Assembly (NCBI GenBank): GCA_964622275.1
Contig: CAZUMX010000002.1
Location: 3,247-58,199, forward strand
Length of the DNA stretch: 54,953 nt
Source of the DNA: an uncultured Candidatus Saccharibacteria bacterium
Lineage (GTDB): Bacteria > Patescibacteriota > Minisyncoccia > Phycocordibacterales > UBA6899
Reading direction: 5' to 3'
Positions 1-8,995 of the stretch are shown here, piece after piece. The notes beneath the pieces were generated by a model, which saw only the letters and a program-made list of their open reading frames with translations, was not told the DNA's origin and did no database searches. The translations under genes were made by a program, and so were the position numbers. How positions within the stretch are numbered: the stretch's first letter is position 1; each line of letters begins with the position of its first letter.

Positions 1-1
1 T

Positions 2-3000
2 ACCGGCACTCCATACCCCCGTCTCACGGTCTGGGGCGCAGATACCTCAGCGAATACTCGCGCCTTCGATGTGGTGAATAATGCATCCACGACACTCTTT
101 GCTATCTTCAACAACGGCCAAGCATCATCCACGAACCTCATCGTCTCCAATACCGCCACCACGACAAACCTCGTCGTCACTGGCAGTGCCACCACCTCAT
201 TCACTGGCCCTATCTCAGTCTCCGCCACCAGCTCCTTCAACGGCCTCCGTCTCTCTGGTGGATGTCTCCAAGACTCTACCGGAGCCTGTGTGGGTCGTGG
301 ACAAGGTGCGACCTACGTCGTTGCTGCGTCTTCCTCTATCTATCGCAACTACGCAGACTACGTCGCCACTGGTACCAACGACCAAAACGTCATCAACCAA
401 GCCATCACCGCTGCATACTCTGCATCCCGTGGTGCAGGAGGGAAGGTGTATCTCTTGGAGGGCATGTTCATGATTTCCACTTCTACCACCATCGGTGAAG
501 GTATCCGCATGGCCACCGGTACGCAACTCATCGGGTCGGGACCTGGGACTATACTCCGTGTTCCAAATGCAACACGAGGAAATATCAATGTCGTTGATAT
601 CCGTGCGTCACGCGCGCAGGTCACCGACCTCGCAATTCACGGAAACAAAACAAACCAGACAACAGGTACGCACATTGGTGTGCTCATTAGTGGTACTCTC
701 TCTGCTTCTTCGACAGTTGATCGTTTGCATATTCGCAGTATGCGATCAAACGGTATCGATCTCGCGTCGACCAATCGTGTCACGGTGACGAACAACTCGA
801 TCGAAGATTCATCCACGGCGTCGGGGTACGGCATTGGACTCACATCCGCGACGTACAACACCTTCATTGGAAATGCGATTGATGGCGGGTCGACCGGGGT
901 GACGGACGGGTTCTCGTTGAGTGGGACTTCCAATAACAACGTATTCACAGGGAACATCGTGACGAATGCCGCTGGAGGATGGGTTTCTTCCGGATCGGAT
1001 GCTAACACCATCACAGGAAACACCTTTAATGGAAACAACTACGGTGTCTATCTCAATCCAGGTAACAGCACTATTGTTTCTGACAATATCATGAGTGGTA
1101 ATGCTATTTCTGGTGTGATGATCAATTCCGGTGTGATGAATACGATTTCTAATAACCGAATCATCAACAACGGAAGCTCAGGGGCAAATAGCAGCATCGA
1201 TCTTTTGACAGGAGCATCAGGGAACCTTATTTCTGGAAACTTTATTACTGACGATGCTGGTACTGCATATGCCATCCGTATCTCTAGTGACTCATTGTCA
1301 AACGTCCTTACGGGAAATCTCTATGGAGGTACAGGTGCAACGTCTATCCAAGACGCTGCTACCAGCTCCACCAAGTACACCCAGTGGGATCGCATCACGC
1401 TCGACACCACCTCAAGTGGTATCCAGAGCTACTCACTCTTTGGCGCCGTCGGCTCCACATCAGTCGCTCTCGCCTCCACCACACAGCTTGGAACAGGCAA
1501 AGTCTTGAGCTTGAACGGCACCTCCAGTGAGTTCTTCACCGTCGCCAACCAAGGGAACGTCGGTATTGGCACCAGTACTCCATACTCCAAACTCTCTGTC
1601 GCAGGACAAGTGGTCGCACAGAACTTCGTTGCCACGTCCTCTACGGCATCCTCCACCTTCTTCGGTCTCTTTGCTACGAACGCCTCCACCACAGATCTCA
1701 CGGTCACAGACGCATTCTTCCAGAATGGTCTTGCGGACTGTACAGGTACCACCTTTGTCCAATACACACTCTCGTCAGGGAAGTTTGGGTGTGGGACTCC
1801 GGTGGGAGGAGGCGGTGGAGGTGGAGGTGCATTCGCAACTAATACATCCAACACCCTCACGTATCTCTCAACTCAGTGGGCGCTCAAGATTGGTGGCACA
1901 GCAACCATTACCAACTCTCGTCTTGAGGTCTCAGGTGGTGTGACCATCTTCGACACGGCAACAACATCAAACATCGTCTCTACCTCTACTGCTACAAGTT
2001 CCTTTGCTGGCAATCTCTCGGTCACTGGTGCAACTTCAACGTTTGCTGGCCTCCGCCTCTCCGGCGGTTGTCTCCAAGACTCTACCGGAGCCTGTGTGGG
2101 TCGTGGACAAGGAGCCACCTACGTCGTTGCTGCTACGTCGTCTATCTACCGCAACTACGCAGACTATGTTGCTACAGGTACCAACGACCAAAACGTCATC
2201 AACAATGCGATCACTGCTGCATACTCTGCTGCCCGTGGTGCAGGAGGGAAGGTGTATCTCCTCGAAGGTACTTACATGATCGCGACCTCGACCACAACAT
2301 TTGATCCAGCATACGGTATCGGTGTTCGTATGGCCACCGGGACACAACTGATCGGCTCTGGTCCTGGCACTGTGCTACGCCTTATTCCGAACATCAATAA
2401 TAATGCATTAGGCGGATTCGACATCATCAGCGCCTCGGGTACTCCAGCGGTCTACATCGGTCACCTCTCTGTCAATGGCGACAAGGCGAACCAGTCGTTA
2501 AATGATTATGAAAATGGTATCAATTTCACCGCAGTATCTTCCTCAACTATCGAAAACGTGATTGTCAACAATGTGAGAGGTACTGGTATTGTCCTTTATT
2601 ATGGTTCCACGAATAATATCATTACCGGCAATATTGCAAATAGCAATGGTTCCGGTATCGATCTCGTCGCATCCTCGACGAATAACATTGTTATTGGCAA
2701 CACCGCAAGCTTCAATACCTTTAATGGTATTAGTGTCTTGTCTGCAAGCAACAATATCATCACTGGAAACACTGCAAATTCAAATGCTTCCTATGGAATC
2801 AATTTTGCCTTCGAATCGCACTTCAATACCATCACAGGCAATACTACAAATAATAATGATTACGGTATTGATGTGAACGGTTCCTCTAACTTCAACAACA
2901 TCACAGGCAATATTGCGAACCTCAATACCTTTAACGGAATCAGTCTAGGTTTTTCTGAGGGGAATACTGTTACGGGAAATACCGTAAACACAAACGGCTT

Positions 3001-6000
3001 TTACGGTATTTCACTTTACACAGTTACTTCCCATGTCGTTACTGGAAATCGTCTCCACAATAACGGTGGATCCACCGCTCTCGGAGGGATCAGAGTCACA
3101 GATACTTCTCTCAATAATCTCATTTCTTCCAATTACATTACAGACACTGACGGAACAGGGTACGCAATTATGATCAGCTCCGATTCTGTGGGGAACACTC
3201 TCGTCGGCAATACCTACAGCGGCACCGGAGCCACAAGCATCGGTGACTTCGCCACTGGCACCACCCGTTACACCCAGTGGGACCGCATCACGCTCGACAC
3301 TACCTCAAGTGGTATCCAGAGCTACTCACTCTTTGGCGCCGTCGGCTCCACCTCAGTCGCAATGGCAAGTACGACTCAAGCAGGAACGGGGAAGGTCTTT
3401 AGCTTGAACGGCACCTCCAGTGAGTTCTTCACCGTCGCCAACCAAGGCAACGTCGGTATTGGCACCAGTACCCCATACTCCAAACTCTCTGTCGCAGGAC
3501 AAGTGGTCGCACAGAACTTCGTTGCCACGTCCTCTACGGCATCCTCCACCTTCTTTGGTCTCTTTGCTACGAACGCCTCCACCACAGACCTCACGGTCAC
3601 AGACGCCTTCTTCCAGAATGGACTCACAGATTGCACTGGTTCAGGAAATAAGGTGGTGTACACCCTCTCCTCAGGAAAGTTTGGCTGTGATACCGACCAG
3701 ACTGGAGGCGGATCACTCAACACTGGCTCACTCACTATTGGTGTTCTCACTGCAACCACAAGCTTCACAGCAAACGTTGCAACCATCGGCTCCACGAGCG
3801 TCGGATTCATCATGGCGACGAACACTGCAGCCACAAGCACCTTCACGAGCGCACTCTTTGCACTCAATGGTGGTAGTCTCGTCGGATTTGGCACGACTAC
3901 TCCAACAGGATTTGTGAGTATTCAGGCAAAAGTCGCAGGGAGCGAGATCTTCGATATTGCCTCTACCACCGGAGCATCGCTCCTGCGTGTGAATGGTGTT
4001 GGGAACGTAGGTATCGGCACCACAAGTCCATATGCAAAACTCTCTGTTGTTGGAACCACCACCTTCTCGGGAGGAGACCTCATCTTCAACAACGACATCG
4101 GCCGTATTACTCGTGCGATTGTGAACGCACCGAATTACTCAGGCACAAACAAAAATACTGGCGGCTTCCTCTTTGCCACGACGACATTGATGAATGGTGG
4201 TCAAGTTCCGCTACTTTACATGACATCTGCAACCTCAGGCATCATGGATTTCGCTCGAGTAGGGATTGGTGCGACGTCGACTTATGGACTCGTAGGGAAT
4301 CCCGGTAGTGATGAAGGTGGGCTTCGAGACACACTTACTGTTGCGGGTCGCATCTATAGCACTTGGAAGTATCTAGGATGTGATGCATTCGGAAGTGGTA
4401 TCGCAGCGGCTGTCACAGCAGCAACTGACTTGACGAATACCTGTGGAACGTTTGCTTACGATGCGACGACCCAAGGACGACTCGATCCACAAACGGATGC
4501 AAATCCTCCATTTGCGCGTATTACTGCTGGGACACAGACAGGTGGTGTGTCTGGACATTCTGCCACACTCCGATCGTGGGTAAAGTTTGTGTCAGCGACA
4601 ACAAGTGCGGCAATGGAGGCAACCATGAGACTCGGTACATCAACGGCGACGGTAGGTACTTCGACCGGAATAATCTACCTTGCGGGATTTGTGAACACTA
4701 CAGCAGGGTCAGCATTTACTGCTCTCCCTACGAACGGAGTCTTCTTTGCAGCATCTAGTACTGGGAACTGGATTGCAATCAGTCGTGATGGAGGCGTCAG
4801 TACAAATTCATGGACTGATACTGGTGTTGCCACAACTACAACAAATAATGACTTTAAAAAATTCAGAATCGAAATGAGTTCCACAACTAGTGGTGGCGGA
4901 GAAACAATATTCATGATCAATGGGACAATCGTTGCCCGTCACTACAGCAATGTTCCTTCAGACAATCTTGCTCCACTTATTGGAATCACGACAAATGCGA
5001 ACTTCGGACAAAATGGGCGATTCCTCGATATTTCTGGATTTAGAGTCTGGGTAGATGATCCTCCTGAAGGCTATGCACTCGCAGAATCAACAAAAGCTGA
5101 AATTCTTGCTGAAGAGGAATTAGATTATGGTCGGGCGGCAAACTTTGCCTTGTGGTACAAAGGACTAGAAGGATCAACAACACCGCGCACGGGTTCAATC
5201 CTTGCGCTGAGAGAATCTCAGATTGCTGGCTTGCCTAGGGTGGCAATGGCTGCACGAGAGTACGACGCTAACATCGTTGGTGTGTACACTGATAGCCCAA
5301 CACAAATCCTTGGTGATGTGCAAAAAGAAAAAATCCCTGTCGCTTATTCCGGTCGTTCGATCGTTGAAATCAATCTTCAAAACGGCCCTATCAGAGTCGG
5401 TGACCCAATTACCTCATCGTCGATTCCAGGTGAAGGAATGCGTGCCACACGGCCTGGACAGATCGTGGGCTATGCGGTCACGGCATTCGACCCAGATAAT
5501 GCTATTGGCGTATGTAAGGACATCACACTCGAAAACGGGGCACTCGCATCATCGACTCCAGCAGACGAAGAGAAGTGCGCAGGAACAGTCGTGGTATCAG
5601 TGAACCCACAAAGCTGGAATGGAGGAGAAGCATTCTTTGGTTCAGCAGGAGAAAACCTCGCATCAGTAGCCGCCGCAATCACAGATCTCAGCTCAGATGT
5701 GCTGACCGAAGCGGTCCGTGGTGCGAAGATCGTCGCAGGACGCATCGTCGCTGCTGTTGCGGTGGTTCAAGATCTCTTTGCGAAGGCTGTCACGATTCTT
5801 CCTGGTGGTGAGGTTGTCCTCCCGGCAGGAACGAACGAGCTCACTGGCCGAAGCTATATTGCAAGTGGTGAAACATCAGTCTTCATCCCACACAATCGCG
5901 TCTGGGCCACATCGACCAAAGTCCTCATCACTCCTCGAGTCTCCCTCACTGCAGCACTCGCTGTCACTGATATCGAAAGCGGTTCTGGATTCAGGGTCTC

Positions 6001-6346
6001 CCTCGGCGGAGCAGCACCAAGTGACATTCCGTTTGACTGGGTGATTGTGAACTCCTACGAAGTCGCTCCGGGATCGAATGCCGTACAGGGGCAAACTCAA
6101 GCAAACAACGGACAGGGCAGCCAAGGCGCAACACCCCCTCCACCTCCACCAACAACACCGGAGGGGGGAGCGAGCACGGGCGGTACCGGGTCAACGACAG
6201 GAACAGATACGGGAACCACATCAGGCTCAACGGGTGATACTGGAGCGGGTACAGGGACCACTCCTCCTGCTGACCAGGGAGCAACACCCCCAGCAGAACC
6301 TCCACCCTCTGAGCCTCCTCCTAGCGACACGCCACCCACTCCATAA
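2..6346 (+). CDS. Giant secreted/surface protein, 5' end outside the window (at least ~2,114 aa). It has tail-fibre-like GIGTxxPxxKLxV stalk motifs, two right-handed parallel beta-helix (PbH1/NosD-like) blocks, a jelly-roll-like region and a Pro/Thr-rich C-terminal tail.
   Basis: The frame is open from nt 2, with no stop upstream of the GTG at 71 used by the ORF track. Nt 2-70 encode TGTPYPRLTVWG, which resembles the internal GTSTPYSKLSVAG motif. Beta-helix rungs of the type ITGNxxxxNxxxGIxL recur at aa ~230-420 and ~800-1010. The C-terminus is PPPPPPTTPEGG...PPSEPPPSDTPPTP. Confidence 0.8.
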   Translation, partial: TGTPYPRLTVWGADTSANTRAFDVVNNASTTLFAIFNNGQASSTNLIVSNTATTTNLVVTGSATTSFTGPISVSATSSFNGLRLSGGCLQDSTGACVGRGQGATYVVAASSSIYRNYADYVATGTNDQNVINQAITAAYSASRGAGGKVYLLEGMFMISTSTTIGEGIRMATGTQLIGSGPGTILRVPNATRGNINVVDIRASRAQVTDLAIHGNKTNQTTGTHIGVLISGTLSASSTVDRLHIRSMRSNGIDLASTNRVTVTNNSIEDSSTASGYGIGLTSATYNTFIGNAIDGGSTGVTDGFSLSGTSNNNVFTGNIVTNAAGGWVSSGSDANTITGNTFNGNNYGVYLNPGNSTIVSDNIMSGNAISGVMINSGVMNTISNNRIINNGSSGANSSIDLLTGASGNLISGNFITDDAGTAYAIRISSDSLSNVLTGNLYGGTGATSIQDAATSSTKYTQWDRITLDTTSSGIQSYSLFGAVGSTSVALASTTQLGTGKVLSLNGTSSEFFTVANQGNVGIGTSTPYSKLSVAGQVVAQNFVATSSTASSTFFGLFATNASTTDLTVTDAFFQNGLADCTGTTFVQYTLSSGKFGCGTPVGGGGGGGGAFATNTSNTLTYLSTQWALKIGGTATITNSRLEVSGGVTIFDTATTSNIVSTSTATSSFAGNLSVTGATSTFAGLRLSGGCLQDSTGACVGRGQGATYVVAATSSIYRNYADYVATGTNDQNVINNAITAAYSAARGAGGKVYLLEGTYMIATSTTTFDPAYGIGVRMATGTQLIGSGPGTVLRLIPNINNNALGGFDIISASGTPAVYIGHLSVNGDKANQSLNDYENGINFTAVSSSTIENVIVNNVRGTGIVLYYGSTNNIITGNIANSNGSGIDLVASSTNNIVIGNTASFNTFNGISVLSASNNIITGNTANSNASYGINFAFESHFNTITGNTTNNNDYGIDVNGSSNFNNITGNIANLNTFNGISLGFSEGNTVTGNTVNTNGFYGISLYTVTSHVVTGNRLHNNGGSTALGGIRVTDTSLNNLISSNYITDTDGTGYAIMISSDSVGNTLVGNTYSGTGATSIGDFATGTTRYTQWDRITLDTTSSGIQSYSLFGAVGSTSVAMASTTQAGTGKVFSLNGTSSEFFTVANQGNVGIGTSTPYSKLSVAGQVVAQNFVATSSTASSTFFGLFATNASTTDLTVTDAFFQNGLTDCTGSGNKVVYTLSSGKFGCDTDQTGGGSLNTGSLTIGVLTATTSFTANVATIGSTSVGFIMATNTAATSTFTSALFALNGGSLVGFGTTTPTGFVSIQAKVAGSEIFDIASTTGASLLRVNGVGNVGIGTTSPYAKLSVVGTTTFSGGDLIFNNDIGRITRAIVNAPNYSGTNKNTGGFLFATTTLMNGGQVPLLYMTSATSGIMDFARVGIGATSTYGLVGNPGSDEGGLRDTLTVAGRIYSTWKYLGCDAFGSGIAAAVTAATDLTNTCGTFAYDATTQGRLDPQTDANPPFARITAGTQTGGVSGHSATLRSWVKFVSATTSAAMEATMRLGTSTATVGTSTGIIYLAGFVNTTAGSAFTALPTNGVFFAASSTGNWIAISRDGGVSTNSWTDTGVATTTTNNDFKKFRIEMSSTTSGGGETIFMINGTIVARHYSNVPSDNLAPLIGITTNANFGQNGRFLDISGFRVWVDDPPEGYALAESTKAEILAEEELDYGRAANFALWYKGLEGSTTPRTGSILALRESQIAGLPRVAMAAREYDANIVGVYTDSPTQILGDVQKEKIPVAYSGRSIVEINLQNGPIRVGDPITSSSIPGEGMRATRPGQIVGYAVTAFDPDNAIGVCKDITLENGALASSTPADEEKCAGTVVVSVNPQSWNGGEAFFGSAGENLASVAAAITDLSSDVLTEAVRGAKIVAGRIVAAVAVVQDLFAKAVTILPGGEVVLPAGTNELTGRSYIASGETSVFIPHNRVWATSTKVLITPRVSLTAALAVTDIESGSGFRVSLGGAAPSDIPFDWVIVNSYEVAPGSNAVQGQTQANNGQGSQGATPPPPPPTTPEGGASTGGTGSTTGTDTGTTSGSTGDTGAGTGTTPPADQGATPPAEPPPSEPPPSDTPPTP
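242..3638 (+). repeat. Intragenic tandem duplication (two ~1.8-1.9 kb units) inside the giant gene
   Basis: Nt 242-470 are nearly identical to 2048-2276 (LRLSGGCLQDSTGACVGRGQGATYVVAA...GKVYLLEG). Nt 1376-1745 are nearly identical to 3269-3638 (YTQWDRITLDTTSSGIQSYSLFGAVGSTSV...TVTDAFFQNGL). The beta-helix cores between these stretches have diverged. Confidence 0.85.
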
Positions 6347-6362
6347 TCCCAATGAATAAAAT

Positions 6363-6409
6363 CCAAAAGGCTAAGCCTTTACAAACTCTGTAAAGGCTTA
6401 GCCTTTTGG
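6363..6409. repeat. REP-like palindromic element, copy 1 (21-bp perfect stem, 5-nt loop)
   Basis: CCAAAAGGCTAAGCCTTTACA-aactc-TGTAAAGGCTTAGCCTTTTGG, starting 17 nt after the stop of the giant gene. No U-tract follows. Confidence 0.85.
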
Positions 6410-6485
6410 GTTTGGATAAGAGCTGCTTTTTCAACAATGTAGTATGATAAATAGACAGCATTATTCCTAAAAATATTTCATTCAC

Positions 6486-7169
6486 ATGATTTCAAAATCA
6501 CAAAAAACATTTCTTGGTCTAGGAGTCGGAGTTCTTCTGCTGACTGTGGGTGGGTATACACTCGCACAAACCAGCGCAACACAAGTCAGTGCATGTGCAA
6601 AGAACAATGGCTCAATGTATCTCATTGGTCCAAGTTTCTCTCGACAAACCTGTCTTTCGGGTGATGTCCAAATTGACTGGCCTACACTTGCAGGAACACC
6701 AAAGCAATTGCATTTATATGATGGAAATAATATAGATTTAGGCTGGATTGTTTCAGCGAGTGGGCAGGGCTCACCTTCTAATGCGTTTACAGTCTATGTT
6801 CCATCTCAAGGTCTCTTCGTAGACTATGGATTGGATGGATTGAATGTCTCAGCAAATATTGGCGGCGGATCAGGTACAGTGTATTTTAATGGGCCCAATT
6901 GCGTCGGCACCCCCCTTCTCAATGCATCCAATCAGGGAGCAGGCAACTATTCTTCTCCAAACACTTTATTTGGTTTTGACGGGTATTTATACAAAAAAAA
7001 TATTTCTGTGACTACAACCACCACGGTATTTTCAGCTCGTGTGGGTGGATCATGTCAGAATCTAGAAAATCCTGAAGAAATTGAAGCTCTTTCTCTTGTG
7101 GTGTACCCAACTCCCCCCATTGTCCTTAATCCTGTTTGGCCAATTCGGGTAGTCGAAACTCAGTTTTAG
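6486..7169 (+). CDS. Secreted hypothetical protein (signal peptide/N-terminal anchor, four Cys)
   Basis: 227-aa ORF. The N-terminus KTFLGLGVGVLLLTVGGYTLAQT looks like a signal peptide. I recognise no family. REP-like hairpins lie on both sides. Confidence 0.6.
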   Translation: MISKSQKTFLGLGVGVLLLTVGGYTLAQTSATQVSACAKNNGSMYLIGPSFSRQTCLSGDVQIDWPTLAGTPKQLHLYDGNNIDLGWIVSASGQGSPSNAFTVYVPSQGLFVDYGLDGLNVSANIGGGSGTVYFNGPNCVGTPLLNASNQGAGNYSSPNTLFGFDGYLYKKNISVTTTTTVFSARVGGSCQNLENPEEIEALSLVVYPTPPIVLNPVWPIRVVETQF

Positions 7170-7211
7170 GTATCCAACACGGAGTTTCTCTGAAATCAGA
7201 AAAGAACAAAT

Positions 7212-7257
7212 CCAAAAGGCTAAGCCTTTGTACATTTGCAAAGGCTTAGCCTTTTGG
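7212..7257. repeat. REP-like palindromic element, copy 2 (19-bp stem, variant loop)
   Basis: CCAAAAGGCTAAGCCTTTG-tacatttg-CAAAGGCTTAGCCTTTTGG, ending 14 nt upstream of the RAYT start codon. Confidence 0.8.
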
Positions 7258-7270
7258 CTAGGATTTATGA

Positions 7271-7978
7271 ATGTCACGGAAAATCACTTTTTCAGAAGGA
7301 GAGTATTACCATATCTACAATAGGGGAGTAGAAAGGCGTGAAATTTTTCTCGATGCACAAGATCAGGAGCGATTTATTTCTTTGCTCTATCTATGCAACA
7401 TGGCAAGTGTGGTAAATGTACAAGAAATGAGACGTGACGAAGTAACTCTCTCCAATATTTTCTTAAAAAATAACATTGAGGTTATTCCTTCGCCTCTTGT
7501 GGCAATCGGAGCATACTGTCTCATGCCTAATCATTTTCATATTCTCTTTAAAGAAGTCCAAGAAGGTGGCATCTCGCGATTCATGCATAAATTTCTTACT
7601 GCATACTCAATGTATTTTAACGCCAAGTATAAAAGAACAGGTCGACTTTTTGAGGGGCCATTCAAAGCACAGCACGCCGATAGTGATAAGTATTTAAAAT
7701 ACTTACATGCTTACATCCACCTAAATCCCATGAAGCTCTTTGATACTACTTGGAAAACTCGAACATCGCCTTGGTCAAAAGATGCCGAGGACTTTCTCCG
7801 TGCATACACAAGCTCCAGTTATTCTGATTATGCAGAAGGGGGGCGTCCGCAAGGGAAGATCCTGAACAAAAAAGTATTTCCAGGATATTTTTCGACGAAG
7901 AAAGATTTCAAGCAGTTTACGCATGAATGGCTTGTTATCAAGAATGAGTTTCCCAATTTTAAGAATCCAAAAGGCTAA
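7271..7978 (+). CDS. REP-associated tyrosine transposase-like protein (RAYT; IS200/IS605-type Y1 HUH nuclease fold)
   Basis: Family hallmarks are all present: YHIYNRGVERREIF N-terminal motif, HUH motif in CLMPNHFHILF, RTGRLFEGPFKA, and the catalytic-Tyr helix LHAYIHLNPMK followed by SSSYSDY. The last four codons and the stop lie inside REP copy 3. Confidence 0.8.
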   Translation: MSRKITFSEGEYYHIYNRGVERREIFLDAQDQERFISLLYLCNMASVVNVQEMRRDEVTLSNIFLKNNIEVIPSPLVAIGAYCLMPNHFHILFKEVQEGGISRFMHKFLTAYSMYFNAKYKRTGRLFEGPFKAQHADSDKYLKYLHAYIHLNPMKLFDTTWKTRTSPWSKDAEDFLRAYTSSSYSDYAEGGRPQGKILNKKVFPGYFSTKKDFKQFTHEWLVIKNEFPNFKNPKG

Positions 7979-8013
7979 GCCTTTACAAACTCTGTAAAGG
8001 CTTAACCTTTTGG
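7967..8013. repeat. REP-like palindromic element, copy 3 (one mismatch in a 21-bp stem)
   Basis: CCAAAAGGCTAAGCCTTTACA-aactc-TGTAAAGGCTTAACCTTTTGG. The loop and polarity match copy 1, and it overlaps the RAYT 3' end. Confidence 0.85.
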
Positions 8014-8068
8014 ATTGGAATGGGGAAAGAGAGAAAGAATTCTAAGGACGGGGTGGTAAAATCAGAAG

Positions 8069-8992
8069 GTGAGCAAAGACCAGATACAATCCCCATATGT
8101 TGTTGTCCTCGGAGGCAATAGGGTACGAAAGAAGCCCTCTACCCCTCCGCCAGATGCATCACCGACGCACCAAGGCGACCCATTGAAGCCTGAAGCAAAA
8201 GTCTTCGGAGTTTTGCAGCCTGACCATGCGCCAAAATCCATGAAGACCATGACTGCGGATCTTCATACCGTAGAAGAACACGCAAAGCTTAGTGATAGCG
8301 GTGAGCAGAAAAAAAAGAAAAGTTTTGGATGGAAGTTCTTTGCAGAAAAGACAAAAACGCAATCTACCACTCTTGACCAAAGCGTAACATCGGTTAAAAC
8401 CCACAAAGGAAGAACACACTGGTGGTCCTTTGCGAAGAAAGCCGCACTGCAGTTTCAAAACATAGATGCAGTAAAACCTATCACACCGAATACTCCACCC
8501 ATGCGTGAGATGCCGCCACAAGTTGTGCGTGCAAAAGTCATTGAGGTTCCTTCAGAGCAAGATCATGAAAAGACAAGCCCATATCGCAGTCGCTTCATGC
8601 GGCAGATCGGAAAGAAGTGGTACCTTGGGTCAAAGCTCGCCATCGAACTTCCGCTCCATGCAAAAATCGGCGCAGGAATCGCTGTGCTCGCACTTCTTGT
8701 GGTCCCACCTCTGGTCTCACGACTGTCGCCAAGCACTCCTCCAAAGACAGCTGGAGCGATTGTCGCAATAGGGACAGAAGCCTTGGTGGCCCAAGTGGGG
8801 AAGTCCATAGCGCTTCCTGAGGGCGAGACTCCGCTTGTTGCTGTCGCAACAGCAGACGATGTGCGTCGACTGAATGTGACTGACGCAAAGCCAGGAAATA
8901 AAATTCTCCTCTATCAAAAAGCGGGGAAGATTGTTGTGTATGATGCTGAGACAGACAAAGTTCTTGGCGTCGTGAACCGCGCACAGCCGTAA
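8069..8992 (+). CDS. Hypothetical Lys-rich protein with one predicted TM helix
   Basis: 307-aa ORF with a GTG start in the track; the start is uncertain. It has one hydrophobic segment, IGAGIAVLALLVVPPLV. The stop lies 3 nt before the ATPase start. Confidence 0.45.
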   Translation: MSKDQIQSPYVVVLGGNRVRKKPSTPPPDASPTHQGDPLKPEAKVFGVLQPDHAPKSMKTMTADLHTVEEHAKLSDSGEQKKKKSFGWKFFAEKTKTQSTTLDQSVTSVKTHKGRTHWWSFAKKAALQFQNIDAVKPITPNTPPMREMPPQVVRAKVIEVPSEQDHEKTSPYRSRFMRQIGKKWYLGSKLAIELPLHAKIGAGIAVLALLVVPPLVSRLSPSTPPKTAGAIVAIGTEALVAQVGKSIALPEGETPLVAVATADDVRRLNVTDAKPGNKILLYQKAGKIVVYDAETDKVLGVVNRAQP

Positions 8993-8995
8993 TAT

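Noticed and set aside
1805-1828. Gly8 run as a slippage-prone simple-sequence repeat (phase-variation switch)
   Set aside because: The codons are mixed (gga gga ggc ggt gga ggt gga ggt), so this is not a homopolymer or a perfect short tandem repeat. Slippage is unlikely.
6078-6366. 93-aa plus-strand and 89-aa minus-strand ORFs over the Pro/Thr/Gly-rich 3' end of the first giant gene
   Set aside because: They are low-complexity shadows of the PT-rich tail with no independent signals.
6363-8013. Reading the three identical hairpins as ordinary rho-independent terminators
   Set aside because: None is followed by a U-tract. The same 47-nt sequence recurs three times, and one copy overlaps the coding end of the transposase-like gene. 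Other terminators in the window are all different from each other. A secondary terminator role cannot be excluded.
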